NCBI GenBank assembly: GCA_951406725.2
Contig: OX597840.1
Location: 36,890,001 to 36,954,000, forward strand
Origin: Octopus vulgaris
Taxonomy: Eukaryota
DNA: 64,000 nucleotides
Direction of reading: 5' to 3'
Notes under the pieces: model-generated
What the model was told of the DNA's origin: nothing
The model's database searches: none
Seen by the model: only the letters and a program-made list of their open reading frames with translations
Position numbers and translations under genes: made by a program
Shown here: piece after piece, positions 36,600 to 51,174 of the stretch
Layout of the letters: each line of letters begins with the position of its first letter
Position numbering within the stretch: position 1 is the first letter of the stretch

Positions 36600-36820
36600 G
36601 CTGGTTCCAAATTTTGGCACAAGATAGCATTTTCAGGGTTCGGAGGGGTCGATGACATCGACCCTACTAGTCGAATGGTACTTATTTTATCAACCTCGAA
36701 ACGATGAAAGGTAAAGTAGACTTCGCCGCAATTAGAACTCAGAACGTAAAGACGGACGCAATGCAAAACATCACAAAGAATTCTGCCCGGCGTGCAAACG
36801 ATTCTACCAGCTTATCACCT
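36600..36820 (-). mobile_element. SINE family A, older copy convergent with the preceding one
   Basis: Reverse family A body with old-type tail ccaaattttggcacaag. Confidence 0.8.
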
Positions 36821-37553
36821 TCTCTCGCTCTCTCATAGAATGGTGTGTAAATGAAGAACGGCAATTCTCTGTAGCTACAAAAGTTGATATGTACAGAAAG
36901 AGAATTTTTACCCGTTTGCCTGGGGTTTGCCACGTGATGTAGACATACCTAATAAAGCCCAGTCAATGTTGAAAATTGATTAAGCCTATTCAGCTTTTTT
37001 TTCAGTCTACAAGGAAACAAGTACAATCGACACATCTGTTCATCTACTACGTAGGTCTGCTCATTACACACACAAAATAACGCACAAGCAATTAGCCGTT
37101 CATGGAGTCGCTTCCGTTTCGCTGCTATTATACAAAGCTGCGAAACTGGAAGGACACCAAGAACAGTGAAATTGTATTATCTCTTCTGTATTTTGACATA
37201 CATTCTGAACTCAAACCAATATCGAGTTCAATGATATCTTCATCAACACCACCTACATATATATATACATATCTATGTATATAAAGGTGAATATATTTAT
37301 GTACAAATATATGCGCGCGGAAATGCATAAAGGTATACATATATATATAAATGTGCACAATACGCACACGCACACTTTTATACATATGCATACAACCAGT
37401 GGTTTATATACAAACATCTTAGATATTAAATTTAGACAGCAGACATATTTGCGTGACTGTACGTACAAGTATATCAATAAAATGCTGTAACGTTTATACA
37501 TATATATATATTTATATATATGTGTGTATACATACATAGATATATGTATACCG

Positions 37554-37720
37554 AGACGCAGGAGTGGCTGTGTGGTAAGTATTTCTTTACGAACCACATG
37601 GTTCCGGATTCAGCCCCACTGCGTGGAACCTCGGGCAAGTGTCTTGTACTATAGCCTCGGGCCGACCAAAGACTTGTGAATGGATTTGGTAGACAGAAAT
37701 TGAGAGAAGCCCGTCGTTAA

Positions 37721-37767
<47 letters not shown>

Positions 37768-37964
37768 ATCGGTGTATATATGTTTGAGTGTCTGTGTTTG
37801 TCTCCCCGACATTGCTTGACAAACGATGCTGGTGTGTTTACATCCCCGTAATTTAGCGGTTCGGCATAAGAGACCGATCGCATAAGTACTAGGCTTACAA
37901 AGAATCGATTAAAGGCGGTGCTCCAGCATGGCCGCAGTCAAATGACTGAAACAAGTAAAAGAGT
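37554..37964 (+). mobile_element. SINE family B, near full length
   Basis: Head, CORE-like segment, internal (TA)n and tail all match 43765-44180. Confidence 0.9.
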
Positions 37965-38340
37965 GCATACATGCATATATATATATATACATATATTACA
38001 TATATATATATACATGCATACATTTTATATATATATATATATAATTAATCAATATAGGGTGGCAAAAAAAAAAAAGCTTGGTTGAAGCTTTTGGCTGTTA
38101 TTTCTAGTGGGTGAATGGCCTATTATGGCCGTTCCTTGATTGTGATATATATATATATATATGCATGTATGTATGTATGTATGTATGTGAGTGTGTGTGT
38201 GTGTATGGGTGTGCGTGTATGCTTGTAAGAAACAGAATCTAGAAAATCAATGTAATTGATATTTTGTTGTATTCCCAATTGGCGCTGAATGATAAATACG
38301 CATATACATATATAAACGGATGCACACACACACAAACAAA

Positions 38341-38371
<31 letters not shown>

Positions 38372-38429
38372 AACACACTCATAGACATACACAAATTTTT
38401 ATGAGCTCATGCATTCATATATAAATGTC

Positions 38430-38563
38430 TACAAGTACGTACATATGTACACACACACACACACATTATATATATATGTATATATATATGTATATATATA
38501 TGTATGTATATATATATGTATATATTATATATATGTATATATTATATATATGTATATATTATA

Positions 38564-38607
<44 letters not shown>

Positions 38608-39264
38608 CATATGTATATATTATATTATTTATATATATATGTATATATTATATATATGTATATATATATATGTATATATTATATATATATGTATATATAT
38701 ATATGTATATATTATATATATATGTATATATTATACATATGTATATATATATATACATACATATATATATATATGTATATATATACATATATACATATAT
38801 ATATGTATATATATACATATATACATACATATATATATATATATATGTATATATATACATATATATATATATACATACATACATATATATATATATATAC
38901 ATCCATATATATATACATCCATATATATATACATACATATATATATATATATACATACATATATATATACATACATACATATAAATATACATACATATAT
39001 ATATACATACATACATATATATATACATCCATATATATATACATGCATATATATATATATACATCCACATACATATATACATACATACATATATATATAT
39101 ATACATCCATATATATATACATCCATATATATATATACATCCATATATATATACATCCATATATATATATACATCCATATATATATATACATACATACAT
39201 CCATATATATATATACATACATCCATATATATATATATACATACATACATATATATATACATCC

Positions 39265-39325
<61 letters not shown>

Positions 39326-39403
39326 CATGCATATATATATATACACATAGATATATATATGTACACAGCGATAGAGATAAAGACATTGATAGATTGATAT
39401 TGT

Positions 39404-39440
<37 letters not shown>

Positions 39441-39441
39441 A
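38430..39441. repeat. About 1-kb (TA)n-derived compound microsatellite
   Basis: Visible directly; variants tatg, taca and catccat recur. Confidence 0.97.
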
Positions 39442-40062
39442 TAGGAGCGTCTGAATACATTTCTTATATCAGTGTGAGAATTATAATATACAGAGATAAA
39501 AAGAATCTCTTAATCTTATCATTAAAACTAAAGGAAAAAAAGATCTATCATATCCTCATACTACTCCCTTTACACAACAACCGCCGCCACCGGAACCGAA
39601 AACGGCAGCACCGCCACCATTAACAACATCAGAAATATTATTAGAATCATAATAGTCCACGAACACAAAAGACAAACAGAAATATATCAATGGAACGCGA
39701 TGACGTTGGTGGCGAAAACCAATGATTCAGAGACTCAATATGTTGTATTAAAAACTAACATTCGTTGGTAAGATGTCCCTATGGAGCACTTATTTTTGAC
39801 TTGTGAAATTAGACTATCGTTTCTCTTTAGAGTGCTGCTGTCCTATTTGGCAAGATGCAAAAGATGCTGTACAGGAAAATTTTGTATTATATATATATAT
39901 AAAAAAAATTCCTAAACACTTTTGCACCGTGGAATATTACCATTCATATCGTTAAGAAATTCAATTTGTAACCATATGCTTGCGGGTTCAATGTCACCCT
40001 CGAAGTTAAGCATAGCTTTCTAACAATAATAATTAAAATATAATCTGAGAAGCAAGCCATTG

Positions 40063-40106
<44 letters not shown>

Positions 40107-40689
40107 GTGTGTTTCTGTTTGTGTGTGTGCGTAATTTAACGTACACATTTAAAAGATAGGAGCTGTTAATATTTTCTTGCATCCTTGACGCGAGTCTTGG
40201 CAGGATTCTATTACACGCTTTCTCTTTCCAAGCAAAATTCAGGCTCTGAATTCATGGTCAATTCAATTTACAAATTTTGTAAATTGAATAGACCATGTTC
40301 TCAGCTAAAGTAACATATATATTATAACCAAGGAGAATGTAGATACAGCCATTAATGCACGGTGTCCTAGACACAATATCGAAGATCGGTTCTTCAGAAT
40401 CATGGTTAAATATTATTTGCTGTGGATATAAATGTTTGCTATAATTCATATCCATATCATGTTTGACGTGTTGAAACGGTTGCATTAACATACCAAAAAC
40501 CCAACGAAAGAAAACAAACGACATCCTCGTTTGAGTTGATCGATCAAGGACAACGATGGATCAATAAGAGAAAAGAAAGAATGAATTATAGTAATTTTAA
40601 TGGTTTCTCTCTTAAAGGTACTTTGCAGTGAAGTAAATAACAACAACAACAAATAATAATAATAATAATAATAATTATTATTAATAATG

Positions 40690-41220
40690 AGTGGCTCTCA
40701 TGGTTTTTGATCTTAACCATTTGGAAGTGTTATCACGTACATTGTTTTGTCTTGGTATAAAAGATGGGCTACAGCAAATATTCTGCTCAATACCACAGAT
40801 TTGCTTGTCAGTTGTTTGACCTTAACCAGGTGAACATGTTTCCTGTTGGCTGACGATATGTGCTTCTCTGATCAAGAGCAGAAATAGTTGGGGAGCATCA
40901 TTGCTGTGTTGAAAGGAATTGCTAGAGTTTGGATAATTCACCTCTGGAAACACGAGTGTTTTGTTCAACATCCTTAAACAATCCTTCTTCAGGGACCTTT
41001 TGAGCGGGTTGAGCTATTTGAATTGAAGAAAATTCTAACTGGGCTCCACCTGCAAGGTCATGCGCTGTTTAACTTGATATGAGATCACCACGTCACGCAC
41101 ATATGGTTGTGATGCATGTTGCTGGTGTACCCTTATCAGAGAGTTAGTCACGATGCGTATAATGGGCTTCGTATATTTTACCCCAGTGTCACTTTGAGGG
41201 CATGCACTGCTCTCTCACTC
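40690..41220. mobile_element. Family C element, ~23 nt missing at left end
   Basis: Same right boundary ctctctcactc-(aat)n as the 5873-6427 copy; (AAT)n on both sides. Confidence 0.9.
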
Positions 41221-41389
41221 AATAATAATAATAATAAAAATAATAGTAATAATAGGGAAGCAACTGCCCAGTCGGAGGTTGTGATGTGGCATTATGGAGA
41301 CACAGGTCTTGGAGGACCTCCATATTGGTGTTGAGAGATTTTTCTCTTTCATCTTTTTATGAAATTTAAAATAATGTATACAAGCTTAT

Positions 41390-41659
41390 CTTTTATCTGT
41401 CTCAGTTTTTGAGCTGCGGCCATGCTGGGGTTTCGACTAAAAGAATATTATTCAGAGAAATCGGAACTAGTACTTACTTTTAAATGCGATACATTTATAT
41501 AGTATATCCCTATTGTCGAACCGATAAGTTCCGCGGACGTAAACAAACCAAGGTCAGATCTCAAACAATGGAGGTGACAAGCACGAAAACAAATTCACAT
41601 ATCTATCTATCTGTCTGTCTGTCTGTCTGTCTATATCTATCTATCTATCTGTCTGTCTA

Positions 41660-41692
<33 letters not shown>

Positions 41693-41865
41693 GTCTATCT
41701 CTCTATCTGTCTATCCGAAGGGCTTGCACAAAATTTCCTTCTACGAAATCCACTGACTAGGCATTGGCCAGTTCGGCGAAAGACACTTGTTCAAAGTGGC
41801 AAGCATTGGGTTCGAATCCGGAACAACATGGTTGGGAAACAGACCTCTCTTACCACGCAGCCACG
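41390..41865 (-). mobile_element. Diverged SINE family B copy with internal (CTAT)n
   Basis: ctgcggccatgctgg tail, aaatccac and gaagacacttg in reverse order. Confidence 0.7.
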
Positions 41866-42229
41866 TCTATATCTACATCCAGAAACATGTTCTTGTGGAA
41901 AATATGGAAGTGCCCAATAAAAGCCAGCATCTCAGAATCCTGTTTCTCCACAAAAATCAGAATTGGTCCCTTCCTATCTGTTAGAGTGCAATCATTGTTC
42001 AATCATCGTAAATTACCGTCAAACATCTCTGATGCACGACTTCCGGTTCCCTCCCTCACCTAATTGCACATTTTGTAGCATCATCAAGCGTTTATTTCAA
42101 TGGGAAATTTACATGAAAGACCATCCTTGTGAGTTTATGTGTGTGCATGTGTGTAATGTGTGCGCCTACGATTTCGCTTGCATGCATTGTATAAGTGTAT
42201 ATACTATGATTTCCTTTAGAATTTATACA

Positions 42230-42883
<654 letters not shown>

Positions 42884-43227
42884 ACTCACACAGAAATAAT
42901 ACACAGTAGCTTAATGTTTTAATGAAATTACAGCTTCTAAATAAATCATTGGTTTATCAGCATCGCAGTTCGCTCGGCTAGTTTCATTTCTTCTAATAGA
43001 CATCAAGAAGCGCACAACTTAGCTCTTAATTCCGCAACTCAGAAATTATTTATCTCTTTACCATGCCATGAGTAAATAGCTTAATAGTGGCTCGAATCTA
43101 CCGAAAGGCTAAGTTACTGGGACGAAAACACAACAATACTGGTTGTCAAGAGCTGGTGGGAGACAAACACTGATGCAGACACGCACATTCAGAAGTCTAT
43201 ATATTGGGTCATTCCATAAATAATGCA

Positions 43228-43536
43228 TATTCTGTTGTGTCTGGGGAGAGTCATTTTCTTTTTGTGCCTTATAATGTGACACACTCATCGGTACAATTTC
43301 CACTTATTTCTTATTTTTATTCTCCTAAAATTTTCGTTGTGTCTTGCAACCTTTTCAATAGTCTTGACGCAACGAAAAGTTGAAGAAAATAAAAATAAGA
43401 AATAAGTGGAAATTTTACCGGTGAGTGTGTTACATTATAAGGCACAAAAAGAAAATGACTCTCCCCACACAGAACAGAATATGCTTCAACACACGAACTC
43501 ATATAAAGAATCTTGCAAACCAAATCCCAAAACGAA
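43228..43536. mobile_element. Penelope-like inverted insertion with 12-bp TSD
   Basis: TSD ataaataatgca at 43216-43227 and 43537-43548; ~119-bp inverted arms 43225-43343 and 43366-43484 (about 10 differences); hammerhead motif at the centre. Confidence 0.8.
43325..43361 (-). ncRNA. Minimal type-I hammerhead motif with U3-A8 covariation
   Basis: Minus strand CTA-TTGAAAA-G-GTTG(CAAGACA)CAAC-GAAAATTT-TAG; the right arm preserves GCAAC, implying an ancestral 5-bp stem II. Confidence 0.6.
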
Positions 43537-43764
43537 ATAAATAATGCAGTTTTTTTTATATTTCTATTATTTTTCAAATTTGATATAAACAAATTCTTTT
43601 TTACTCTAAAATATACTCTCCTTCATTTTCTACAATGCTCTTCTTCCATCTATCTAGTAGACCTGTATTGCTCCTCTTTCAAAATTCTTTTGTTCGTGAC
43701 TAAAAATACTCCTCCAATACTCTTCTAACCTCGTCTACAGAATTCATATTTTTTCCATCCAAAT

Positions 43765-44180
43765 AGGCGCAGGAGTGTTGTGTGGTAAGTAGCTTGTTTA
43801 CCAACCACAAGGTTCCGGGTTCAGTCCCACTGTGTGGCACCTTGGGCAAGTGTCTTCTACTATAGCCTCGGGCCGACCAAAGCCTTGTGAGTGGATTTGA
43901 TAGACGGAAACTGAAAGAAGCCTGTCGTGTATATGTGTGTATATATGTATGTGTGTGTGTGTTTGTGTGTCTGTGTTTGTCACACCAACATCGCTTGACA
44001 ACCGATGCTGGTATGTTTACGTACCCGTAACTTAGCGGTTCGGCAAAAGAGACCGATAGAATAAGTACTAGGCTTACAAAGAATAAGTCCTGGGGTCGAT
44101 TTGCTCGACTAAAGGCGGTGCTCCAGCATGGCCGCAGTCAAATGACTGAAACAAGTAAAAAGAGTAAAAAAAAAAAGAGT
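43765..44180 (+). mobile_element. SINE family B, full length, inserted into the mariner ORF
   Basis: Complete head to tail; aaat on both sides (43761-64, 44181-84); removal restores the transposase frame. Confidence 0.92.
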
Positions 44181-44910
44181 AAATGATTTTGAAGACTGCG
44201 GAATAAATCACTATTTGTGAAGAACCCATTGACCCAATTTGCTGGCTCTTCCGATGGCCCGCAGGTATCGATGAATAGTTGACTGACCAAATCCAAGCTT
44301 CTCTGCTAATTCCTCAACAATTACGATGGAATTTTTTCCCGCTAGGGTTTGCAGAGCGTCCTCGTCGAGCTCTTCTGATCTTCCAAGATGAAGGTGGTGT
44401 TTCTAGGCTATAGTTTCCGGCTCGGAATTTCTGGAACCACCATTAACACACACCTACACATACTTACACACATACACACACATATATACGACATCTTTCT
44501 CTTTCTTTCTATTTATCTGTCCCCATCTCTACATATATATAGATACATGTGTATATACATATACCTCTGTTGTAATATTCAGCTTTCGATGGTGTCTAGC
44601 AGTGTCAGCTCAAACTGGAGTCCTTATATTTCTTAGATCTCAGTCGTTGCGAGATAATGAAATTTCTGATAACCATTATAAATGTTGTTAATCCACAAAT
44701 GTTTCATTCATTCCGAAGCAGCAGCGATATTCTGTGTTTACAGTTAGTAATTTTTTACAGTAACCGTGTAAAGAAAAACCCGGAGTAACAGTTGATGAAT
44801 GAGTTATCGCCAAGTAAATAATGTAACTCCTGTACATATACTGTCTTCAGGCAATGCCAAGAAATTTCATTTGAGACGCACTTCTTCAAATACACAATAA
44901 TAATAATAAT

Positions 44911-45456
44911 GCTATTCCCCATTCAAACTGACAGAAAGATGGATGCAAATAGGCCAGGCATCATATTGAAAGACTTCAAACAAAGAACATGCCTCCTCAT
45001 TGATATGACTGTCCCAATCGATATAAACGTATCTGTCAAGACCTACCAAAAACTGAGCTAATATAAAGATCTTGAAATAGAAATCAGCAAAATGTGGAAC
45101 CTGAAGACTAAAACAATACCTGTTGTCATAGGTGCCCTGGGAATGATAGCAAAAGGGGCTGGTTGCTACCTAACTCAGATACCAGGAAACCCCAAAATGG
45201 CAGAAATTCAAAAGATTGTGCTCATGGGAACTGCTCATATCCTACGCAAAATACTTTCTATGTAATCTCAAGGTTTAAAACAAACATAATTTTCGTTTTT
45301 TGTTTCAGACATTCACTAGTACAACACTAAATACAAAACCAAATATATGGCACACTAGGCATAACAACAACACAAACTTCCAACCTGTTGTCTCTTGAGG
45401 TCTCTGGGTGAGACTTGGAGCCAACTTGTACAAATATAAAGCAAATGTCAAACATA
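44911..45456 (+). mobile_element. 5'-truncated R4/Dong retrotransposon: restriction-like endonuclease domain plus 3' UTR
   Basis: FPIQTDRKMDANRPGIILKDFKQRTCLLIDMTVP..KLS*YKDLEIEISKMW..IPVVIGALG..ILRKILSM-stop (45263-45265); (AAT)n at both ends; RPD changed to RPG and one internal stop. Confidence 0.9.
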
Positions 45457-47989
45457 GAATAATAATAATAATAATGATGATGATGATGATGATGATGGTG
45501 ATGATGAAACGACGACTATAACATATGCAAGGAATGATCGAAGATTCTGAAAACAACTTACGTATCTTTTATATTGAAATGTTAAGACAAGGCCATACTA
45601 GCATAAGGAATATCTAAATGGAAAGTCAGTGTGAATATTCAGGAAACTCACCTGAAAAAGAAATAAAAAAATAACATTAATCGGTTGAGTGTCTAATAAC
45701 ATATTTAGTCTAATCATAAAATTAAAACTGAAATAACATGTCGAAATATACAGAATAGAGGGCTAAATTAGTGTTTGTTAAGTAAATTGACAACAGGAAA
45801 TAGGTTTCGGTTGAATTAGTCCTCTTCAGAAAAAGGAAAACTTAAGTAGTGTTTTTGACTGTAGACCACTCAGTGGTTGACAGCTTTTTGAAAAGATTTT
45901 TGAGACTTATCCGTAAATCTTTGCTAACAATTTGTTCTCATTAATCGCTAAGTACCGCTGTCAGCTGCCAATTAAGCCAACACGAAAACGCTAAATTTCT
46001 TTTCCTGGTGTAAATAATGATGCCGATGGTTTAGAATAAATCAATATCGTATCGGCTTGAAATGTGTTTTGCTATTTTTGCGGTCCCTTCTTACGATTCT
46101 GAGTTCTTGTCCTTATGAGGCTGACCTTAACTTTGATCCCTCTCTGATCGATAAGTCAAACATATATATTGCCGTGGATGTAATTGATTGCACAACTCCA
46201 CGAAATCGTTGACATTCTGACGTTCTGATAACGGTGTTTATGATGATGATGATTATGACAATGGTTATTATTATAGCTGCTGCTGCTACTGCTGCTGCTA
46301 CTGCTGCTGTTACTACTACTCCTCCTACCACCACCATCACCACTACTACTATCGTATCGATATATATACACAACCGTGTGCAGAACACCAAGGTTATATT
46401 TTCCTGTCTGTCTAAATCTGCTCGCAGTCATTATATTGAGTGCTGCATACGAATGTTATTGAGACCATTTTAGGATCTAATCGATGTCGGGTACTTGACT
46501 ACTTTTTCAACGTGCCATATCCTTTAAACTGGTCTTTAAAAAAAGACCCCTTATTAAATGCTTGATATAAACAAAAAATATTAGGGAGTTGCTTATAGTT
46601 GCCCTCCTTTTCATAGTTTTTGTACTTCAAATGTCAGCGAGAGAGGATCACATGATCTATTTCTGTAATGGAGCTAATTAATGTATGTTAACGTTTGTGC
46701 GGTCAGTCGATGGCCAAAATCAGTTGATGTTGGATAAAAGGCAACCCATCGCAATACCGTTAACCCATCATGCCAGGTAGCTGGTATTTTTTATCGCTTT
46801 TCGTCTGTTTATTTTGGGAGGGTGAACCGCTATGTTCTAAAATTAATCGGTGAATTTCCTTAAGGTGACTAAAATACCTTGTGTCTTAAAAAGGAGATAA
46901 TATGGTCCCAGAGATATTGTCTCATAAAAGAAGGGTTTTTATCGGATCGGTTGTTTACTTTCACAGTAAAATAAAACATGGATAGTAGTAGGGACAATAT
47001 ATATCCCTATACACACCCTCCGTTAATGTTGAATAATTACTGGTAGAGAAAAACACATTCATTGGTTGTACTTCACTTCAGATTTCTTAACAATTAATTA
47101 GATAAGTAGTCAATTATTAACTAGGCAATAGATTAGGTTCGTCAGCATCTTTAAAATACCTCTCTTATACACACTTCGCACAATTATATGGTCCCAGTTC
47201 CCATCTTTTGTGTGGGGCTTTTCAAATTACAATAATGTATATTTCAACAAATATCTCAAGGGAAAACTTGCAAAACAAATACAAAAGACAAAATATGAAA
47301 AATATGAAAGTGAAAAATTTCCCTTCAAGAATTGAAAGAATCTTTATCTGACCCTACTTACAAAACTAGATTAAGAAAGAAAAGCAATTATTCTAAACAC
47401 ATCATGAAAAGCAGTGTTATATAAAAACCTTTCTTAAAATTATTTTACACAAATTATTATTTATAAGTACATAATTAGTAAATTATATTAATAATTGCCA
47501 CGAAAAAGAATTAGTTTTGCGATAAAAAGACAAATCTGTATTATATTATAAAAATGATTGTTGGAAACACTCAAATCTTATAGAAACACTTTTATAACAA
47601 AATTAGGAGAAATATTTATTAAAAAAAATAAGAGTATGAGACTAATTTTTGTTAAAATATTTATTATCTAAAATATTAGAAACCTCATTATGAAAGAAAA
47701 ACATATTGCGGCTTAAATAATGGAAACAATTAATATTAATATCATTATTAGAAAATGACAAAAAATTATTTTCAAAAACGTTTTGAAAGACGAATTGTGA
47801 AATACAAATGATATCCGCTTTACACCGGATTAGTAATAACTGACTGGGCACAGATTTAAGCATCACTGAAGATTTTCAGGTGTTTACAATTTTATTTTTA
47901 TTTTTAATTTTCTCCAGTGTTTGTAGTTGTGTGTAAAAATTTGTTGTCTGTTTGTGGCACTGCCAAAGATGCCAATACACGGCAATCGT

Positions 47990-48046
<57 letters not shown>

Positions 48047-50204
48047 AAGTGCTATTTACATAAACATACGTATGTATATGATAAAAGACAAAAACGAGCG
48101 TATATGTCTTTGACAAAAGGTGTTGCTAAAGCAGTTGCATAAATATAACAGTTGAAGCAGAAATACTCCTAGAAAATTCTTTACAACTGTTTCGAACCTT
48201 CAACGACTTGTTGTCGCAGCAATGTGCATTACACCAACAGGTGTGCATACTGATGTAGTTATATACATCAAACAAAGAGAAACAATTATGAACGTAACAA
48301 GATAAAATCTCTATTAATCAAAGCCATAAACTAGGAAACGTCAAATATTTTCACGAGAAGAAAGGAGTGTTAAAATGTAATTCATCTAACAGCGGATTTG
48401 TATTTAAGAGTATGAAGCATTAATAAGAGAGAGATAGGGGGGGGAGAGAGAGGGAGAGAGAGTAAAGGTGGTCAGAAATATAGACGTTAGAAAATTTTTG
48501 AGTGTAGAGTGATACAATAAAGGAAACGTAAGGGAGAGAGAAGAGAAGAAAGGAATAATAAAAAGGAAATAAATGGAAGAAAAACCAGGTAAGAGATGAG
48601 ATGGTTTTAATCAGTTAGAAAATGTCAGTCTAATCGAGACTGGCCATAAATCGGAAACTGAGGAAGCAAAGAATCGGGCAGGATTCATTAAAGCAACTGA
48701 ATGGGAAAAAGAAAGCAACGATTCAGGATCTCCTTGTAAATGAGCGGCAAATAAGTCTTTCGTAGAGTGAACGCAGGATAAGCATCGATGCGATTAGATT
48801 ATTCAAAGTAGGAGACATGGAACAAGAAAACGAAGAACATAATAGGAAGGGGAAAGAAAAGAAATTAAGGAACATTAAAAGAATAAAAGGTAAAATAGGG
48901 AAAGAACAAGGGCGAGCAAAACCATGAATATTATATTACTATAGAAATGATATACTGTCTAAAATATTTAAAGAAGGTATGACGAAGGTAAATGTATATT
49001 ATAATGCTTTAACTCTAATTAGGCTTAGTTTAAAAGTAAAATACCTGAAGACAGGTATATAAGGAGCTCGAAGAATAATAGGTTTAATGTGGGTAGTAGT
49101 TATGTTGTGCTATTAGAACATATTGATGTATGCCAAAAGATAAACGAAATTCGGACGTAAAATACGAAGTAACCACGGCGCCTCCATAGACAGACACACA
49201 CCAAACACAGGACGATAGACACAAACCCACACGAATATGTATACACACATATATATATACATGTGAGTTTGTGTGTGTATGTATGTATGTATTTATATGT
49301 ATAAATATATGCACCTACATGTGGATCGCTGTATAATTTTATTCGAGTCTTTCTTTACATACATGAAAAGCGATAAACAAGCAGACAAAACGGTGAATAC
49401 AAACAGCCATACATTTAGATATATATATATATATACATCCTTCAGGAATACATATCTACGCAGATGACTACTTACATATATAAGAAGATATACAGCTATA
49501 GACATGTGCAGAGATAATATGTATAGATAAGCAAACATATAGAAATATATATTTAATACATAGAGGAATAATAGATATGTGTACAACCACGCAAACACAC
49601 GTATATACGAATATAAATACAGATATAGATCAACAGAGAAATACAAACCAAGAAGCATTAGTCTATTTACAATTCTTAATTTCAGTGTCTATATCATTCT
49701 TTCCACGAGTCCCTTCCTCTTTACTCTCTCTCTCTCTCACTCTATCTTTCTGTCTTTCTCTCTATCTGTCTGTCTCTCTCTCTCCCAGACACATATAGCG
49801 ACTTATAAAGCCTTTTATGCTTATATAATGGGCTATTTTCCCCGCAGACTTCCACCCTCCATTACACATCCTTTCTTTTTCAAATAGCATCATAAAGTCA
49901 CTAAGTCTGTCTCAAAAAATAATTGCGCAGACAGTCTCTTACAATCACACACACACACACACACACTAATACGGAAGCCGCGCAAAATCACATAGATACA
50001 CACATAAACAACTGCATAACGACTCTACATCTTTTAGGCGATTCTGTCTCAGTCTCTTTCACAAATATATATATATATATAGGAAAACCCATAAACAACC
50101 CCCACCCGCCCCAAGAAACAATATACATTCAAAGTCGCTAACAATGAAAGACAGCCACATGCTATCACAAAATCAGAAACACATAACACCCCAACGTCTG
50201 CCGG

Positions 50205-50219
50205 TACACACACACACAA

Positions 50220-50273
<54 letters not shown>

Positions 50274-50588
50274 TCAGACATATATATATATACATACACA
50301 CATACATATATATACATATATATATACACATATATATACATACATACATATATATACACATATATATACACATATATATACATACATACATATACACATA
50401 TATATACATACATACATATATATACACATATATATACATACATACATACATATATATACACATATATATATACATACATATATATGCACATACATATATA
50501 TACACATACATATATATGCACATACATATATATGCACATACATATATATGCACATACATATATATACACATATATATATATATACATA

Positions 50589-50656
<68 letters not shown>

Positions 50657-50668
50657 CATACATATATA

Positions 50669-50736
<68 letters not shown>

Positions 50737-50905
50737 CATACATATATATATATATATACATACATATATATATATATATACATACATATATATATATACA
50801 TACATATATACATACATACATATATACATACATACATATATACATATATATACATACATATATACACACATACATATATACATATATATACATACATATA
50901 TACAC

Positions 50906-50942
<37 letters not shown>

Positions 50943-50993
50943 GATACATATATATATATATTCAGATACATATATATATATATATATATTCAG

Positions 50994-51028
<35 letters not shown>

Positions 51029-51029
51029 G

Positions 51030-51072
<43 letters not shown>

Positions 51073-51139
51073 GATACATATATATATATATTCAGATACA
51101 TATATATATATATTCAGATACATATATATATATATTCAG

Positions 51140-51174
<35 letters not shown>

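Larger units (their letters stand above)
43202..44443 (-). mobile_element. Internally deleted mariner element interrupted by two later insertions
   Basis: TA + TIR ttgggtcattccataaataatgc|agtttttttt; minus strand reads WWFQKFRAGNYSLE..KLGQWVLHK, then LFRSLQNH|LDGKNMNS..DRWKKSIVENEGEYILE-stop across the SINE insertion. Confidence 0.85.

Noticed and set aside
38409-39460. Long ORFs of 190-340 aa rich in Y/I/H/T/M/C/V (also 50144-51274, 3619-4311, 42305-42680, 53086-53750)
   Set aside because: Translations of (TA)n/(CA)n microsatellites, open in most frames on both strands
45801-45829. Minus-strand CTGAAGA-GG..CC-GAAAC
   Set aside because: Only two stem II pairs and no stem I or III; may be a decayed Penelope end but cannot be supported
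47963-47991. ccaaaga-t-gcc(aatacac)ggc-aatcgtta next to (TA)n
   Set aside because: Needs several core changes to be a hammerhead; suggestive only
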